Origin: an uncultured Treponema sp.
Lineage (GTDB): Bacteria > Spirochaetota > Spirochaetia > Treponematales > Treponemataceae
Assembly (NCBI GenBank): GCA_937885235.1
Contig: CAKZZK010000047.1
Location: 1-45,302, forward strand
Length of the DNA stretch: 45,302 nucleotides
Direction: 5' to 3'
The notes under the pieces: generated by a model
What the model saw: only the letters and a program-made list of their open reading frames with translations
Told to the model about the DNA's origin: nothing
Database searches by the model: none
Made by a program: the position numbers and the translations under genes
In this document: positions 36,060 through 45,294 of the stretch, piece by piece
Position numbering within the stretch: the first letter of the stretch is position 1
How the letters are laid out: each line of letters starts with the position of its first letter

Positions 36060-37253
36060 ATGAAGAAGATGATTAGTTTGATTAAGGTTGTTGCTGCTGC
36101 GGTTCTGGCTCTTTACCTGCCGTGTATGATGGTTTCCTGTTCTGATGGTAGCAGTGATGATGGCAGTGGTGGCGGAACTATAGCTGACACGTTTTCGGCA
36201 CAGGATTTTGGAGGAAGCTTCAAGGTGGGAGGAAAAAGCTATTCAGTGCTTTCTCTTGATGGCAACGGTTCATACACGATGCAGGGACGCTCTGGTACGG
36301 ATGAAGGAACGTATGCTGCCCGCTCTGCACGTGCCGGATCTTCAACTTCCTATATCTTTACCAGTATAAATGGCGGCACGTTTACGGTAACGCTCAGCGG
36401 CGCAACGGTGACGCTCAGTGCGGGTTCTCTTTCTGCCGAGGGCTCCGGCTCTGACCTCCTTGCCGCTGATGATTTCCCTTCATCAACAGGAACCAATCCT
36501 TTTGATGGAAAAGAATTCAGCGTACTTAGTACCAGCAATGGACAACTTATGAATTTTGCTTATTCGGGAAAAGAGGAGATCGTTACTTATCCTGATTATC
36601 CCGGTGAAAGCAAGGTTTTTTCGTATGCCTATAATGCAAACACGAAGCACTTGTATACAAAGTTGCAGAGCCATACCTATGAGGATGGTACGGAGGAAAC
36701 AAAAGAAATTTTGCTTAAGCAGGCAGAGGATGCGGGGCTTTCAAGCCTCTATGCCGCGGTCCTCAACTGCATCTGGGGAGGCACTCGGCAGTATACGGTG
36801 ACAGTCACGGATTCTCAGTATGTTATTGCTCCCTATTTTACGGGAAAAATTACCGAGATGGACTGGGGCTTTGTCTCTGATGACGACAACGATTTTCGTT
36901 TGCGCTGGGATGGACTGTGGACGGGCGAGTCTGCAGGATGGGTGCGGGCGTTCTATCTGTATGATGACGGCAAGAATTTGGAAATGGTCATTCTCGATGA
37001 CTATTGCAATCCTTTGGGATTCCTGTCTGCCACTTACACAACGGGCGGCACTCCTTCATCTCCTGCCTGCGTCCTCACTATAAACGATGCTGATGCCGCT
37101 TATGAATCCCTTAAGGGAACATATACGATGAGCTTTGAACCAAACAGTCTGCTCATCTATACTCCGGCGGCGGCATCCCGCTCTGCCCTTTATTCTGTGC
37201 CTGCTGTTCCTGCCCGTTCATCGCGCTGGCGGAATGTGAATAGCGCACGATAG
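36060..37253 (+). CDS. Spirochaetal lipoprotein, hypothetical
   Basis: Start MKKMIS (AAAGGAG RBS), lipobox MMVS-C and a DGSSDDGSGGG linker. Confidence 0.78.
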   Translation: MKKMISLIKVVAAAVLALYLPCMMVSCSDGSSDDGSGGGTIADTFSAQDFGGSFKVGGKSYSVLSLDGNGSYTMQGRSGTDEGTYAARSARAGSSTSYIFTSINGGTFTVTLSGATVTLSAGSLSAEGSGSDLLAADDFPSSTGTNPFDGKEFSVLSTSNGQLMNFAYSGKEEIVTYPDYPGESKVFSYAYNANTKHLYTKLQSHTYEDGTEETKEILLKQAEDAGLSSLYAAVLNCIWGGTRQYTVTVTDSQYVIAPYFTGKITEMDWGFVSDDDNDFRLRWDGLWTGESAGWVRAFYLYDDGKNLEMVILDDYCNPLGFLSATYTTGGTPSSPACVLTINDADAAYESLKGTYTMSFEPNSLLIYTPAAASRSALYSVPAVPARSSRWRNVNSAR

Positions 37254-37281
37254 TGATATTTTATATAAACGAGGAAATTGT

Positions 37282-37933
37282 ATGAATGCAAAGATGAGAT
37301 TGAGGTGGATTGCAAATCCGACAGAATCGGAATTGACACAGGGTACCGCCTTGTGTTCAATGATTACAAGAATACTAGACGCTGTGGACGATTGGGAGCA
37401 CAACAGGGGCTTGATGCCTTGTGAGTTCTTTTCAGAATATGAGTCTCCGTATAAAGATATAGGTAGTTTTTCTGCTTCTAACAGATTATACGAGTTTAAG
37501 AAAATTATAATGGAACGAAAACGCAAACCAGAGGACTGGGCAAACTATTTCCTCTTTCCGAAAGATAGAGAGCTTTGGGGAAACTTATATTTTGGAGTCT
37601 TTAAAGACCGATTCAATATCCATTATGCCGCTGAATGCCTCGGATTCTGTTTTTCCTGTTGAAAATCAGCAAGAGGGCGTTGATGCGGTTTTGTTTGCTC
37701 GGGAACTTTTTTCCTCGGAGTCAATGCAGGACTATTTGAGCAGAGAGGGGAATGAAATGCCCTGTACCTATGATTTCTTTGATACCGCATTTGCCGCTGC
37801 ACATAAGGCTACGCTGTTGTCAGATGACGAATATGCAAAATATACCAAAGACCGTGAACAGAAGGTAGCTAAAGACATTGTTAATGATATTCTGAAAAAG
37901 AGCGCTGATTCACTAAAACGCACTGCGAAATAA
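37282..37933 (+). pseudogene. Hypothetical protein, probably one gene split by a +1 frameshift
   Basis: ORF 37282..37662 has an RBS. Removing one T from TGTTTTTCC (~37648-37656) reads GFCFPVENQQ.. into ORF 37592..37933. Confidence 0.55.
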
Positions 37934-37937
37934 AAAT

Positions 37938-37976
37938 CACAGGCTAAACGAAGCATAATCCCTCGCTTAGCCTGTG
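37938..37976. terminator. Hairpin between convergent genes
   Basis: CACAGGCTAA...TTAGCCTGTG. Confidence 0.65.
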
Positions 37977-37999
37977 CTCCTAAAAGCCAGAGGCGCTGC

Positions 38000-39886
38000 C
38001 TACACCTTGAACCCCTCCGCCTCCAGCTTCTTTACAAACTGACTGTACTTAGCCGTTTTCAGGGCTATGCGTTTGCCTTCCATTTTTGTGCACAGCCCTG
38101 TATGCGACAGCTTTTCCACAAAGCGTATAAACTCAGCGCTCTCTTTTTCCACGCTGATGACAAGCCAGTCATTTTCAGCAATAAAGCTTACAAAGCTCTG
38201 CGTAATGTCATCCTTTAATTTTTTCCAGATCAACGGAAGTTCATTTCCCGCACGAGCCCCCAACGTGCTGAACACGGTTTCTACTTCCGTCGTTGATTTG
38301 CAGTATTTTTTCAGGCGTATCTCATCAACCTTATAAAGGGTTTTTGAAATAGCGGTGCAGAACGGCTCGAGGAAAACTTCCATCGTCTTGTCTCCCTCCT
38401 CTATGTGGATGAGAAATGCATTCTCATCAAGCTTCGGAGCGGCAAATGATTTTACACCCTCAATTTTTATTTTGTCGGTAAGGCCGAAAACATACGCGCC
38501 GAGCGGTGTTAGTTTGATGTAAGTGATTTTGCCATAGCAATATGCATTAACCTCATTCAGCCATTGCAGGGCTTTTGCTGATGTAGATGCATCAGACCCG
38601 CCGGGGTAGCTCCATGTAATTTCAAAAAGCCCTAGTGAAGCAAGGACCAGAAAAAGATTGTTATAGGCGGGCAGCTGCACAAAGGCGTTGTAGGCAGCCG
38701 TTTCGTCTATTCTCTTCTTTTCGTAGTGTATATAGGCTTCGTCCGCGTAATCATAGTACATATCATAGGCACTTTTGAAGTACGCATAAGTTGACTGCGT
38801 GTTGAAAAAATGAGGCAACCCCTTGCCTGTAAGGACATCAATATAATAAGCAAAGTCCGTTGCCTGTACTGGAGGATTTTGCTTTACCAGCGTGATGAAG
38901 TTTTGCATCATCTTTCCCCGGTATGCGATGATTCCATAGTCAGACTGGAGTGTCACGTGGGGATAAAGTATCTTTGTGTCAAAAACGGCATCCTGCGCAG
39001 TGCAAAAAGTTTCAAGGAATTCCCTGTATGCCTTCTCCGGCTCTGCAAGGAGCTTTGGCAATATGTTTTTGCCGTTGTGCTGTGCAAAAAACTTGTTCAC
39101 CACAAAGGAGATAAAGGACACTGCCAGACTGATTCTGGCATCAGCCATTCTTTCAAGCTGCTTTTTTGTATAGCGGCAGCCAACCTCCTCATCGGGATAC
39201 TTTGGCTTCGGTAAATCCTTTTCGTCAAGGGGAAATGAGAAAGAGGCAAAGTTCGCAATCCTTTTTATTTTTGTGAGGGTGCTTTTTAAGACGGGGCTTC
39301 CTATGCTCCGCTCAAAAAATCCAGAATCATTTAGAACCTGTATTATCTGTACTGAGTTTAAAAAGAATTCAAGGCCATCCTTTTCTGAAAAATATCCCCT
39401 GCGCTTTTTAAAATCGTCATCCGTTATTTCAAGGTCAGCAGGGCGCAGCTTTGCAAGCTGTATTCTGAGACATGCCTTTGTTTTGGGAGGAATATAGGGT
39501 ACCGAATACCGCGAGTACTTTATTGCAAAGCTGAAAGGCAGTTTTTCATAATCACGGTGATAATATTCTTTAGTTTTGGACGCAAATTTTTCCAGCAGAA
39601 AATCAGTTTCAAAGTATGCTGATTTAAATACCATATCAAGGATAATCTTTTTTCCTTCCTGTGAAAAGGATTCAAAATACTCGTTGAAAACTGCGGGCGT
39701 ACAAAGCAGTTCCGCAAGCTGGCGGCAATACTCAGCCTTCGGAACGGTTGTTTTATGAGCTATGTATTTTCCGTTACGCTTCAACTCGTCCACGGTAAAC
39801 CCTGTATTGAAAATTTCTTCCGCAATATCGTTTACCAAGGGGGCAAGCTCTTTGCTTACGCCCTCTTCACGTGAATTTTTCTGCAT
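38000..39886 (-). CDS. Hypothetical protein co-transcribed with the SNF2 helicase
   Basis: 628 aa, 1 nt from the SNF2 stop, with an AAGGAG RBS. LTPLGAYVFG precedes a C-terminal region reminiscent of XPB-associated (Helicase_C_3-like) domains. Confidence 0.8.
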   Translation of the reverse strand: MQKNSREEGVSKELAPLVNDIAEEIFNTGFTVDELKRNGKYIAHKTTVPKAEYCRQLAELLCTPAVFNEYFESFSQEGKKIILDMVFKSAYFETDFLLEKFASKTKEYYHRDYEKLPFSFAIKYSRYSVPYIPPKTKACLRIQLAKLRPADLEITDDDFKKRRGYFSEKDGLEFFLNSVQIIQVLNDSGFFERSIGSPVLKSTLTKIKRIANFASFSFPLDEKDLPKPKYPDEEVGCRYTKKQLERMADARISLAVSFISFVVNKFFAQHNGKNILPKLLAEPEKAYREFLETFCTAQDAVFDTKILYPHVTLQSDYGIIAYRGKMMQNFITLVKQNPPVQATDFAYYIDVLTGKGLPHFFNTQSTYAYFKSAYDMYYDYADEAYIHYEKKRIDETAAYNAFVQLPAYNNLFLVLASLGLFEITWSYPGGSDASTSAKALQWLNEVNAYCYGKITYIKLTPLGAYVFGLTDKIKIEGVKSFAAPKLDENAFLIHIEEGDKTMEVFLEPFCTAISKTLYKVDEIRLKKYCKSTTEVETVFSTLGARAGNELPLIWKKLKDDITQSFVSFIAENDWLVISVEKESAEFIRFVEKLSHTGLCTKMEGKRIALKTAKYSQFVKKLEAEGFKV

Positions 39887-39887
39887 C

Positions 39888-42728
39888 TCAGTTCTCCTTA
39901 AGCAGGTAGTCTATATCTTCCTGCGTGAGTTTTTTCATCTGCTGCCCGTCGGAAGCAATTACAGCGCTGAAGAGGTCTGTCTTTTGCTTTTGCAGCTCGA
40001 GGATTTTTTCTTCTATAGTATTGCGTGCAATGAGGCGGTAGCAGAATACGTTCCGCGTCTGTCCAATCCGGTGCGTGCGGTCAATGGCCTGCTGCTCTGC
40101 GCTGCGGTTCCACCACGGGTCAAGAATGAACACGTAGTCCGCACCGGTAAGGTTTAATCCCACTCCGCCGGTTTTGAGCGTCATAAGGAAGACCTTGTAT
40201 GTTTCGTCCTGCTGAAATTTATTTACCAGCTCTGCACGGTTGCTTGTCGCCCCCGTCATCACCAGATGCGCTATGCCGCCGCTCTCAAGTCGTTCGCTTA
40301 CGGCATCAAGGGAAGCAAGGAAATTGGAAAAGACAAGGCAGCGGTGGCCGCTTTCGGCAAGTTCCGAAATGGTGTTTATGAGCACCTCCCATTTTGCGCT
40401 TTCAATGGAACCGTCTGTCTTTGTTTCAGGAACGGTGGCAATCTGGCGCAGTTCCAGAAGTCCCTGCAGGATGCAGAACTGGGATTTCTCAAAGCCGTTT
40501 CTGGCTATTTCGCTTTCAATCATATCCCGGTAGAAACGGCGCTGCTGTTCGTAAAGGCGTGCCTGTTCGTTGTTCATATCCACATAGAGAATTTGTTCCG
40601 TGCGCTCGGGAAGCTCTTTGGCAACATCCTGCTTTAAGCGCCGTAAAATGAAAGGGCGTATCTTTGCGGAAAGCTCACGCGCGGCATCTTCATCGCCCTC
40701 TTTTTGAATGGGGTTTGCATAGCGCCTGTTGAATTCCGCCTCGCTGCCAAACATTGCGGGGTTAAGAAACCTGAACAGTGAATAAAGCTCCCCAAGGTTA
40801 TTTTCCATTGGGGTACCGCTCAGCGCAAGGCGGTGGCGTGCGTTTAAGAGCATGACCGCTTTGCTTGACTGGCTCTGCGTGTTCTTTATCTGCTGGACTT
40901 CATCGAGAACAGCATATTCAAATTGCTCCTTTTGCAGCGTTTCAATGTCATTCCTCGTCACCGCATACGTGGTGAGCACGACCTGATGCTTCATCGCTTC
41001 TGCCGTATCCCGCTCCGGGCCGTAATAGGCATAGACATCGAGCTCCGGGGCGAAGTTCTTTAATTCTGAAAGCCAGTTGTCAATAAGGCTTTTGGGAACA
41101 ATGACAAGGCTTGTGCCTCTTGCTCCGCCTGCATAGGCTCCGGCAAGGAGGGCGATTGTCTGGATTGTTTTTCCAAGTCCCATATCGTCAGCAAGGCAGG
41201 CTCCGAGATTGTGGGACACAAGGTATTGCAGCCACTGTATGCCGTATTTCTGGTAGTCGCGGAGTTTTTCGGCGACAGGAACAGCCGGCAGCGGCGTTTG
41301 CGAAATAGCATTGAAACCAGAGAAAAACTGCCGCCAGGGAGTCTGCGAGGCATCCTCCACCTTCGCATTTATGAGGAAATCGACAAGCGGCAGGTCAAAG
41401 AAGGAAATCCGGTAGCTTCCGTCTTTCTGCTGTTTTCCCAAAAGCCGCTTCAGGCGCAGGAAGAAGTTCTTATCGATTATTGCGCGGCTTCCGTCATTAA
41501 GGGGAATGAACTGGTTCTTTTCGTAGAGCTCCACAAACTTTGCGGGGGTAAAAAGCTCGCCGTCAATGTCCACCGTGCATTTCGTGTCAAAGAAATCTAT
41601 GCCGCTTCCGATTTTCAGGTTTGTTTTCGGTGACACCCTGCGCAGTTTGTAGCGGGAAATGGATTCCGTTCCAAAGAGCCGGTAGTTCTGGGTAAGTTCG
41701 CCAAGGTTTTCTGAAAGGAATGGCAGTGCCAGTTTTCCCGTAATATACAGGGTATCGTCCTCTATGACAAAGGTTTCTGCTTCTTTTTCCTTGCACTCAG
41801 GATGCCGGGCAAGGCAGGATTTGAGCATGGCGGCTATCTTCTTCCGTCCGTTTTGTTCATCATAGATAAGCGGTGTTTTTTCCAGCAGTTTGCCCTCTTC
41901 GTTGAGGCGGACTATGCAGGCGGGCTTTGTGTCGGAAATGAACTCCGTCGGAAAGCCTTCATAGTCCCAGTGCATCGTCAAAGACAGGTTGCCGTCTTCG
42001 TCAAGCTCGCGGAAATTGAGCGCAGGGCTTGCCTTTGCTGCCGCATGGACGCGGGTCTTCCAGCCTTCAATCCTAAAGCCCAGAGAGGGAAAGAGGGAGG
42101 CAAAAACAGAAAGACAGCAGTCCGCCTCGTTTTTCTGGATGGAGCCGGTAAAGGACTGCAAATAATTATAATGAACGCCCGTATCTTTCGTGTGGTAAAT
42201 TTTTTCCCCGCATAAGGCATAACGGGACGTAAGCGGAACAGGATTTTGCAGCGTTTCCTGCGGGGAGAGCAAAAGCAGGGAAAGCCTTACCGTGCTGTCA
42301 TCGCCAGCCGCGTCTGCAAACTGCAAGGAAAGCGCCAATTTGGAATCGTCTTCGCTTTCAAAAAATGAAACGATTCGCCCTTGGTAAAGGAATTCCCTGC
42401 CGCAGGCAAAAAGCTGGTGCGTAAATTCGCTGTAGCGGTCAAGGTAAATACAGGTATCGTCATCGGCACTCCATGAGAGGGTGTCAAACTGCTGCCGCTT
42501 TATCCTTGCAAGCGCGGTTCCCAAAGGGGTGTTTTCCGGGAGGATTTCTTCGAAAGAATAGCGAATGCCTTTTTTATTCGCAAAAAAGAAGAAAGCCCTG
42601 CCCTCATCATCGCTGTCTAGGCAAAAAACAGTGTCTGAGAGGGGACCCCCTGCGCCTGCCGTTTCTGCGGAAGCTTCGGAGTTTTGCCACAGACCAGTGA
42701 TTTTTTTAAGAGAAAGTCCTGAATCCAT
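39888..42728 (-). CDS. SNF2-family helicase/ATPase
   Basis: LRDYQ, ADDMGLGKT, DEVQ, LSGTPMEN, LRRLK, GGVGLNLT, DPWWN, QAIDRTHRIGQ. Confidence 0.95.
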   Translation of the reverse strand: MDSGLSLKKITGLWQNSEASAETAGAGGPLSDTVFCLDSDDEGRAFFFFANKKGIRYSFEEILPENTPLGTALARIKRQQFDTLSWSADDDTCIYLDRYSEFTHQLFACGREFLYQGRIVSFFESEDDSKLALSLQFADAAGDDSTVRLSLLLLSPQETLQNPVPLTSRYALCGEKIYHTKDTGVHYNYLQSFTGSIQKNEADCCLSVFASLFPSLGFRIEGWKTRVHAAAKASPALNFRELDEDGNLSLTMHWDYEGFPTEFISDTKPACIVRLNEEGKLLEKTPLIYDEQNGRKKIAAMLKSCLARHPECKEKEAETFVIEDDTLYITGKLALPFLSENLGELTQNYRLFGTESISRYKLRRVSPKTNLKIGSGIDFFDTKCTVDIDGELFTPAKFVELYEKNQFIPLNDGSRAIIDKNFFLRLKRLLGKQQKDGSYRISFFDLPLVDFLINAKVEDASQTPWRQFFSGFNAISQTPLPAVPVAEKLRDYQKYGIQWLQYLVSHNLGACLADDMGLGKTIQTIALLAGAYAGGARGTSLVIVPKSLIDNWLSELKNFAPELDVYAYYGPERDTAEAMKHQVVLTTYAVTRNDIETLQKEQFEYAVLDEVQQIKNTQSQSSKAVMLLNARHRLALSGTPMENNLGELYSLFRFLNPAMFGSEAEFNRRYANPIQKEGDEDAARELSAKIRPFILRRLKQDVAKELPERTEQILYVDMNNEQARLYEQQRRFYRDMIESEIARNGFEKSQFCILQGLLELRQIATVPETKTDGSIESAKWEVLINTISELAESGHRCLVFSNFLASLDAVSERLESGGIAHLVMTGATSNRAELVNKFQQDETYKVFLMTLKTGGVGLNLTGADYVFILDPWWNRSAEQQAIDRTHRIGQTRNVFCYRLIARNTIEEKILELQKQKTDLFSAVIASDGQQMKKLTQEDIDYLLKEN

Positions 42729-42772
42729 GGCTTAGCATAGCATATTTTCCCGCTCTTTGTAAACGCTTTTTC

Positions 42773-43645
42773 TTACACCATGACCTTGCGGAGCTCGTAT
42801 TCCACGATGTCTGTGGCGCCGAGGGACTGGAGGCGGGGGAGCAGGGTGGGGACGTCGCTCTTCTTGACCGCAATCTTTATGGCGTAGCCGTTGCCGCCGA
42901 AGAGGGGGCTCACCGTGGGGCTCCTCATGGCGGGCAGCCCCTTCACAAGGGCGTCGAACTTATCCTGCGACACGTTCATCTCGAGCATGACGCGGCTTCT
43001 GGCGTTGAGCACGGTCTGGAAGAGCATCTTCAGCTCCATGATTTTCTGCTTCTTTTCCGTGTCCTCAAGCGCCGCCTTGCTTGCGTAGAGCCGTGTGGAG
43101 GATTCCATCAGCGTGTCTACAATTTTGAGGTGGTTCGCGTGGAGGGAGCTTCCCGTGCTCGTGTTGTCTATGAGGATTTGCGCGATGGAATCCCCGTTGT
43201 CCTGCACAAAGCCCTCGCTTGTGCCCCAGGTGCGGAACACCGTGCCTTCAAGCTTCTTTTCTGCCATCCAGCGGCGGCTCAGGTTCTGGTATTCGGTCGC
43301 GACAGTCACCGGATTCTTGATGATTGCCTCAAAGTCCGCAGTGTCGGGAACGGCTGCCACAATGCGCACGCCGTCAAAACCCAGATCCATGATTTCCTCT
43401 ACGCCGTCCTGCACGCCGTTTTCGTATATCCAGTCCTTGCCGGAAAAACCTATGTCAGCCTTGCCGCCTGCAAGCAGGTTGCCCACAATCTGGGGCTTTA
43501 CCACCTGAAAGGCAAGGTCATCCTGATTGGTGATGGGGAAATAGGTGCGGTCGGGCAGATAGATGGAAATGCCCACATCGCTCAAAAGCGAGTAGACGGA
43601 CTCATAAATCCTGCCCTTTGCCAGTAAAATCTTTAACTTATCCAT
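42773..43645 (-). CDS. hisG: ATP phosphoribosyltransferase (long form)
   Basis: AKGRI, VATEY, DNTSTGSSL..NHL, and a C-terminal regulatory domain LPAMRSPTVSPL..GATDI. Confidence 0.93.
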   Translation of the reverse strand: MDKLKILLAKGRIYESVYSLLSDVGISIYLPDRTYFPITNQDDLAFQVVKPQIVGNLLAGGKADIGFSGKDWIYENGVQDGVEEIMDLGFDGVRIVAAVPDTADFEAIIKNPVTVATEYQNLSRRWMAEKKLEGTVFRTWGTSEGFVQDNGDSIAQILIDNTSTGSSLHANHLKIVDTLMESSTRLYASKAALEDTEKKQKIMELKMLFQTVLNARSRVMLEMNVSQDKFDALVKGLPAMRSPTVSPLFGGNGYAIKIAVKKSDVPTLLPRLQSLGATDIVEYELRKVMV

Positions 43646-43706
43646 ATATGCGTATTTTAGCGAATATGCCGCCCTGTAACAAGGGCTTTGGGAACACTCC
43701 GCACGG

Positions 43707-43770
43707 GGTTCGCCGCGGTCTCATGATGGCGGAGCCTGTTCCAAAATGCACAGGAATTTGAAACAGGTTC
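43707..43770. repeat. Overlapping inverted repeats (REP-like or terminator)
   Basis: GAGCCTGTTCCAAA/TTTGAAACAGGTTC (43732-43770) overlaps GGTTCGCC/GGCGGAGCC. Confidence 0.5.
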
Positions 43771-43801
43771 CTGAACCGGCTCTCGCAGAGCGGGGAAGGA
43801 G

Positions 43802-43981
43802 CTAGTTAGAAATAATAAGTTTTAATTCCTTGTGATAGAGATATTTACCAGTGTAGAACCAGTCTTCTTTTATAGGGTTCGTATTGCCGGTCAAATCGAC
43901 ACGTATAATTCCGTCTTCGGGGGAAGACCACGTTCCTGTCGATTTCCCGTCATCATAAGTAATTACCCTTTTGAAGTCAGT
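43802..43981 (-). pseudogene. Orphan C-terminal gene fragment
   Basis: Start-less frame TDFKRVITYDDGKSTGTWSSPEDGIIRVDL..KELKLIISN*, followed by hairpins. Confidence 0.35.
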
Positions 43982-44048
43982 TTAGTATAATCTATTATAC
44001 TAGTCAATACAAAAAAAGGTAATATATTATATTTTTAGCGTCAGTACG

Positions 44049-44369
44049 ATGAACTTCAATGAGAACCTTCATTTTATCATGGAGACAAAGGACATACAGG
44101 TAAAGGAGCTTTCAGCACAGACGGGAATCAGCATAAACACGCTCAAGAGCTATTTGAAGGCGGATGCGGTGGAGCCGAAAGTCAGCAATGCCGTGCTCAT
44201 TGCAAAAGCGTTACAGGTAAGCGTGGAAACCCTCGCCGCTCCTTCTGACGGTGCGGACGGAACTACCCCTGCTGAAATCCGGGAAATCAACAGGCTTATC
44301 AGGGATTTTTCACCGAAAGATCTTCGGATTGTCCTTGCGCTTGCCAAAGCAATACGGACAAATGCGTGA
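44049..44369 (+). CDS. XRE-family HTH transcriptional regulator
   Basis: NFNENLHFIMETKDIQVKELSAQTGISINTLKSYL..EPKVSNAVLIAKAL. Confidence 0.88.
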   Translation: MNFNENLHFIMETKDIQVKELSAQTGISINTLKSYLKADAVEPKVSNAVLIAKALQVSVETLAAPSDGADGTTPAEIREINRLIRDFSPKDLRIVLALAKAIRTNA

Positions 44370-44377
44370 GTGTGTTT

Positions 44378-45118
44378 TCAACGGCTAGCTTCATTCACCT
44401 TGCTGCCGTCCAGTATGTATACGACGTGATTGCACATCTTGACGATGCGCTGGTCGTGCGTGGAAAAGATGAACGTGGTCTTGAGCTCCCTGTTGAGCTT
44501 CTGCATAAGCTCCAGTATCTGCTCGCCGTTCTTTGAATCGAGGTTCGCCGTCGGCTCGTCGGCAAGGATGACGGGCGCCTTGGTCACGAGGGCGCGCGCT
44601 ATGGCAACCCGCTGCCGCTGGCCGCCGCTCAGCTCCGAAGGCTTGTGCTTTTCCCTGTCTGAAAGTCCCACCGTCTCTATGAGATAGTGAATCCAGTCCG
44701 CCCGCTCCTTCTTTCCCATGCCGGCATGGCTGTCCTTCTTGTCCATAAGGTTGAGCGGCAGCTCTACGTTTTCGTATATATTGAGTACGGGGATGAGGTT
44801 GAAGTTCTGGAATATGAATCCCACGTGGGAGCTGCGCAGGGCGGTGATGCGGTAGTCGAGCGCACGGGGCACCCGCACTCCTTCCGGCAGCGCAAATCCC
44901 TCATAGACATCTATGCCGTCAAGGATGAGCGTGCCTGACGACGGCAGGTCTATCAGCCCGATGAGGTTGAGCAGGGTGGACTTGCCAGAGCCGGACGGTC
45001 CCGATATGGCGGCGAATTCCCCCCTGTCTATCTTGAAGGAAATGTCGTTGACCGCAGGGACGAAGAGGCGGCCCATCTGGTATTTCTTGCTGATATTGCG
45101 CAACTCGATTATCGTCAT
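44378..45118 (-). CDS. ABC transporter ATP-binding protein (LolD/MacB-like)
   Basis: GPSGSGKST, FQNFNL, LSGGQRQRVAIARA, ADEPTANLD, STHD; start moved to MTIIEL. Confidence 0.93.
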   Translation of the reverse strand: MTIIELRNISKKYQMGRLFVPAVNDISFKIDRGEFAAISGPSGSGKSTLLNLIGLIDLPSSGTLILDGIDVYEGFALPEGVRVPRALDYRITALRSSHVGFIFQNFNLIPVLNIYENVELPLNLMDKKDSHAGMGKKERADWIHYLIETVGLSDREKHKPSELSGGQRQRVAIARALVTKAPVILADEPTANLDSKNGEQILELMQKLNRELKTTFIFSTHDQRIVKMCNHVVYILDGSKVNEASR

Positions 45119-45184
45119 GCCCTTTACTATATCATTTTGCAGGCTCCGTTGCAATCAGATATGTCCTGCACCTGTTTGCAAGTT

Positions 45185-45294
45185 TAATCAAGGCTATTAA
45201 CGGGCTTAGTCAATGCTATTTCGGGACGTAATAAAGGCTATTTCGGGACGTAGTCAAGGCTTCTAGACTACGTAGTCAAGGCTTCTAGGGTTTG
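45185..45294. repeat. Tandem array, 5 x 22 bp (consensus TAGTCAAGGCTATTTCGGGACG)
   Basis: Units start at 45185, 45207, 45229, 45251 and 45273; the contig ends just after. Confidence 0.85.

Noticed and set aside
43646..43800. His attenuator or T-box upstream of hisG
   Set aside because: No His-rich leader peptide or T-box motif, and a promoter lies directly at the hisG start, downstream of the hairpins
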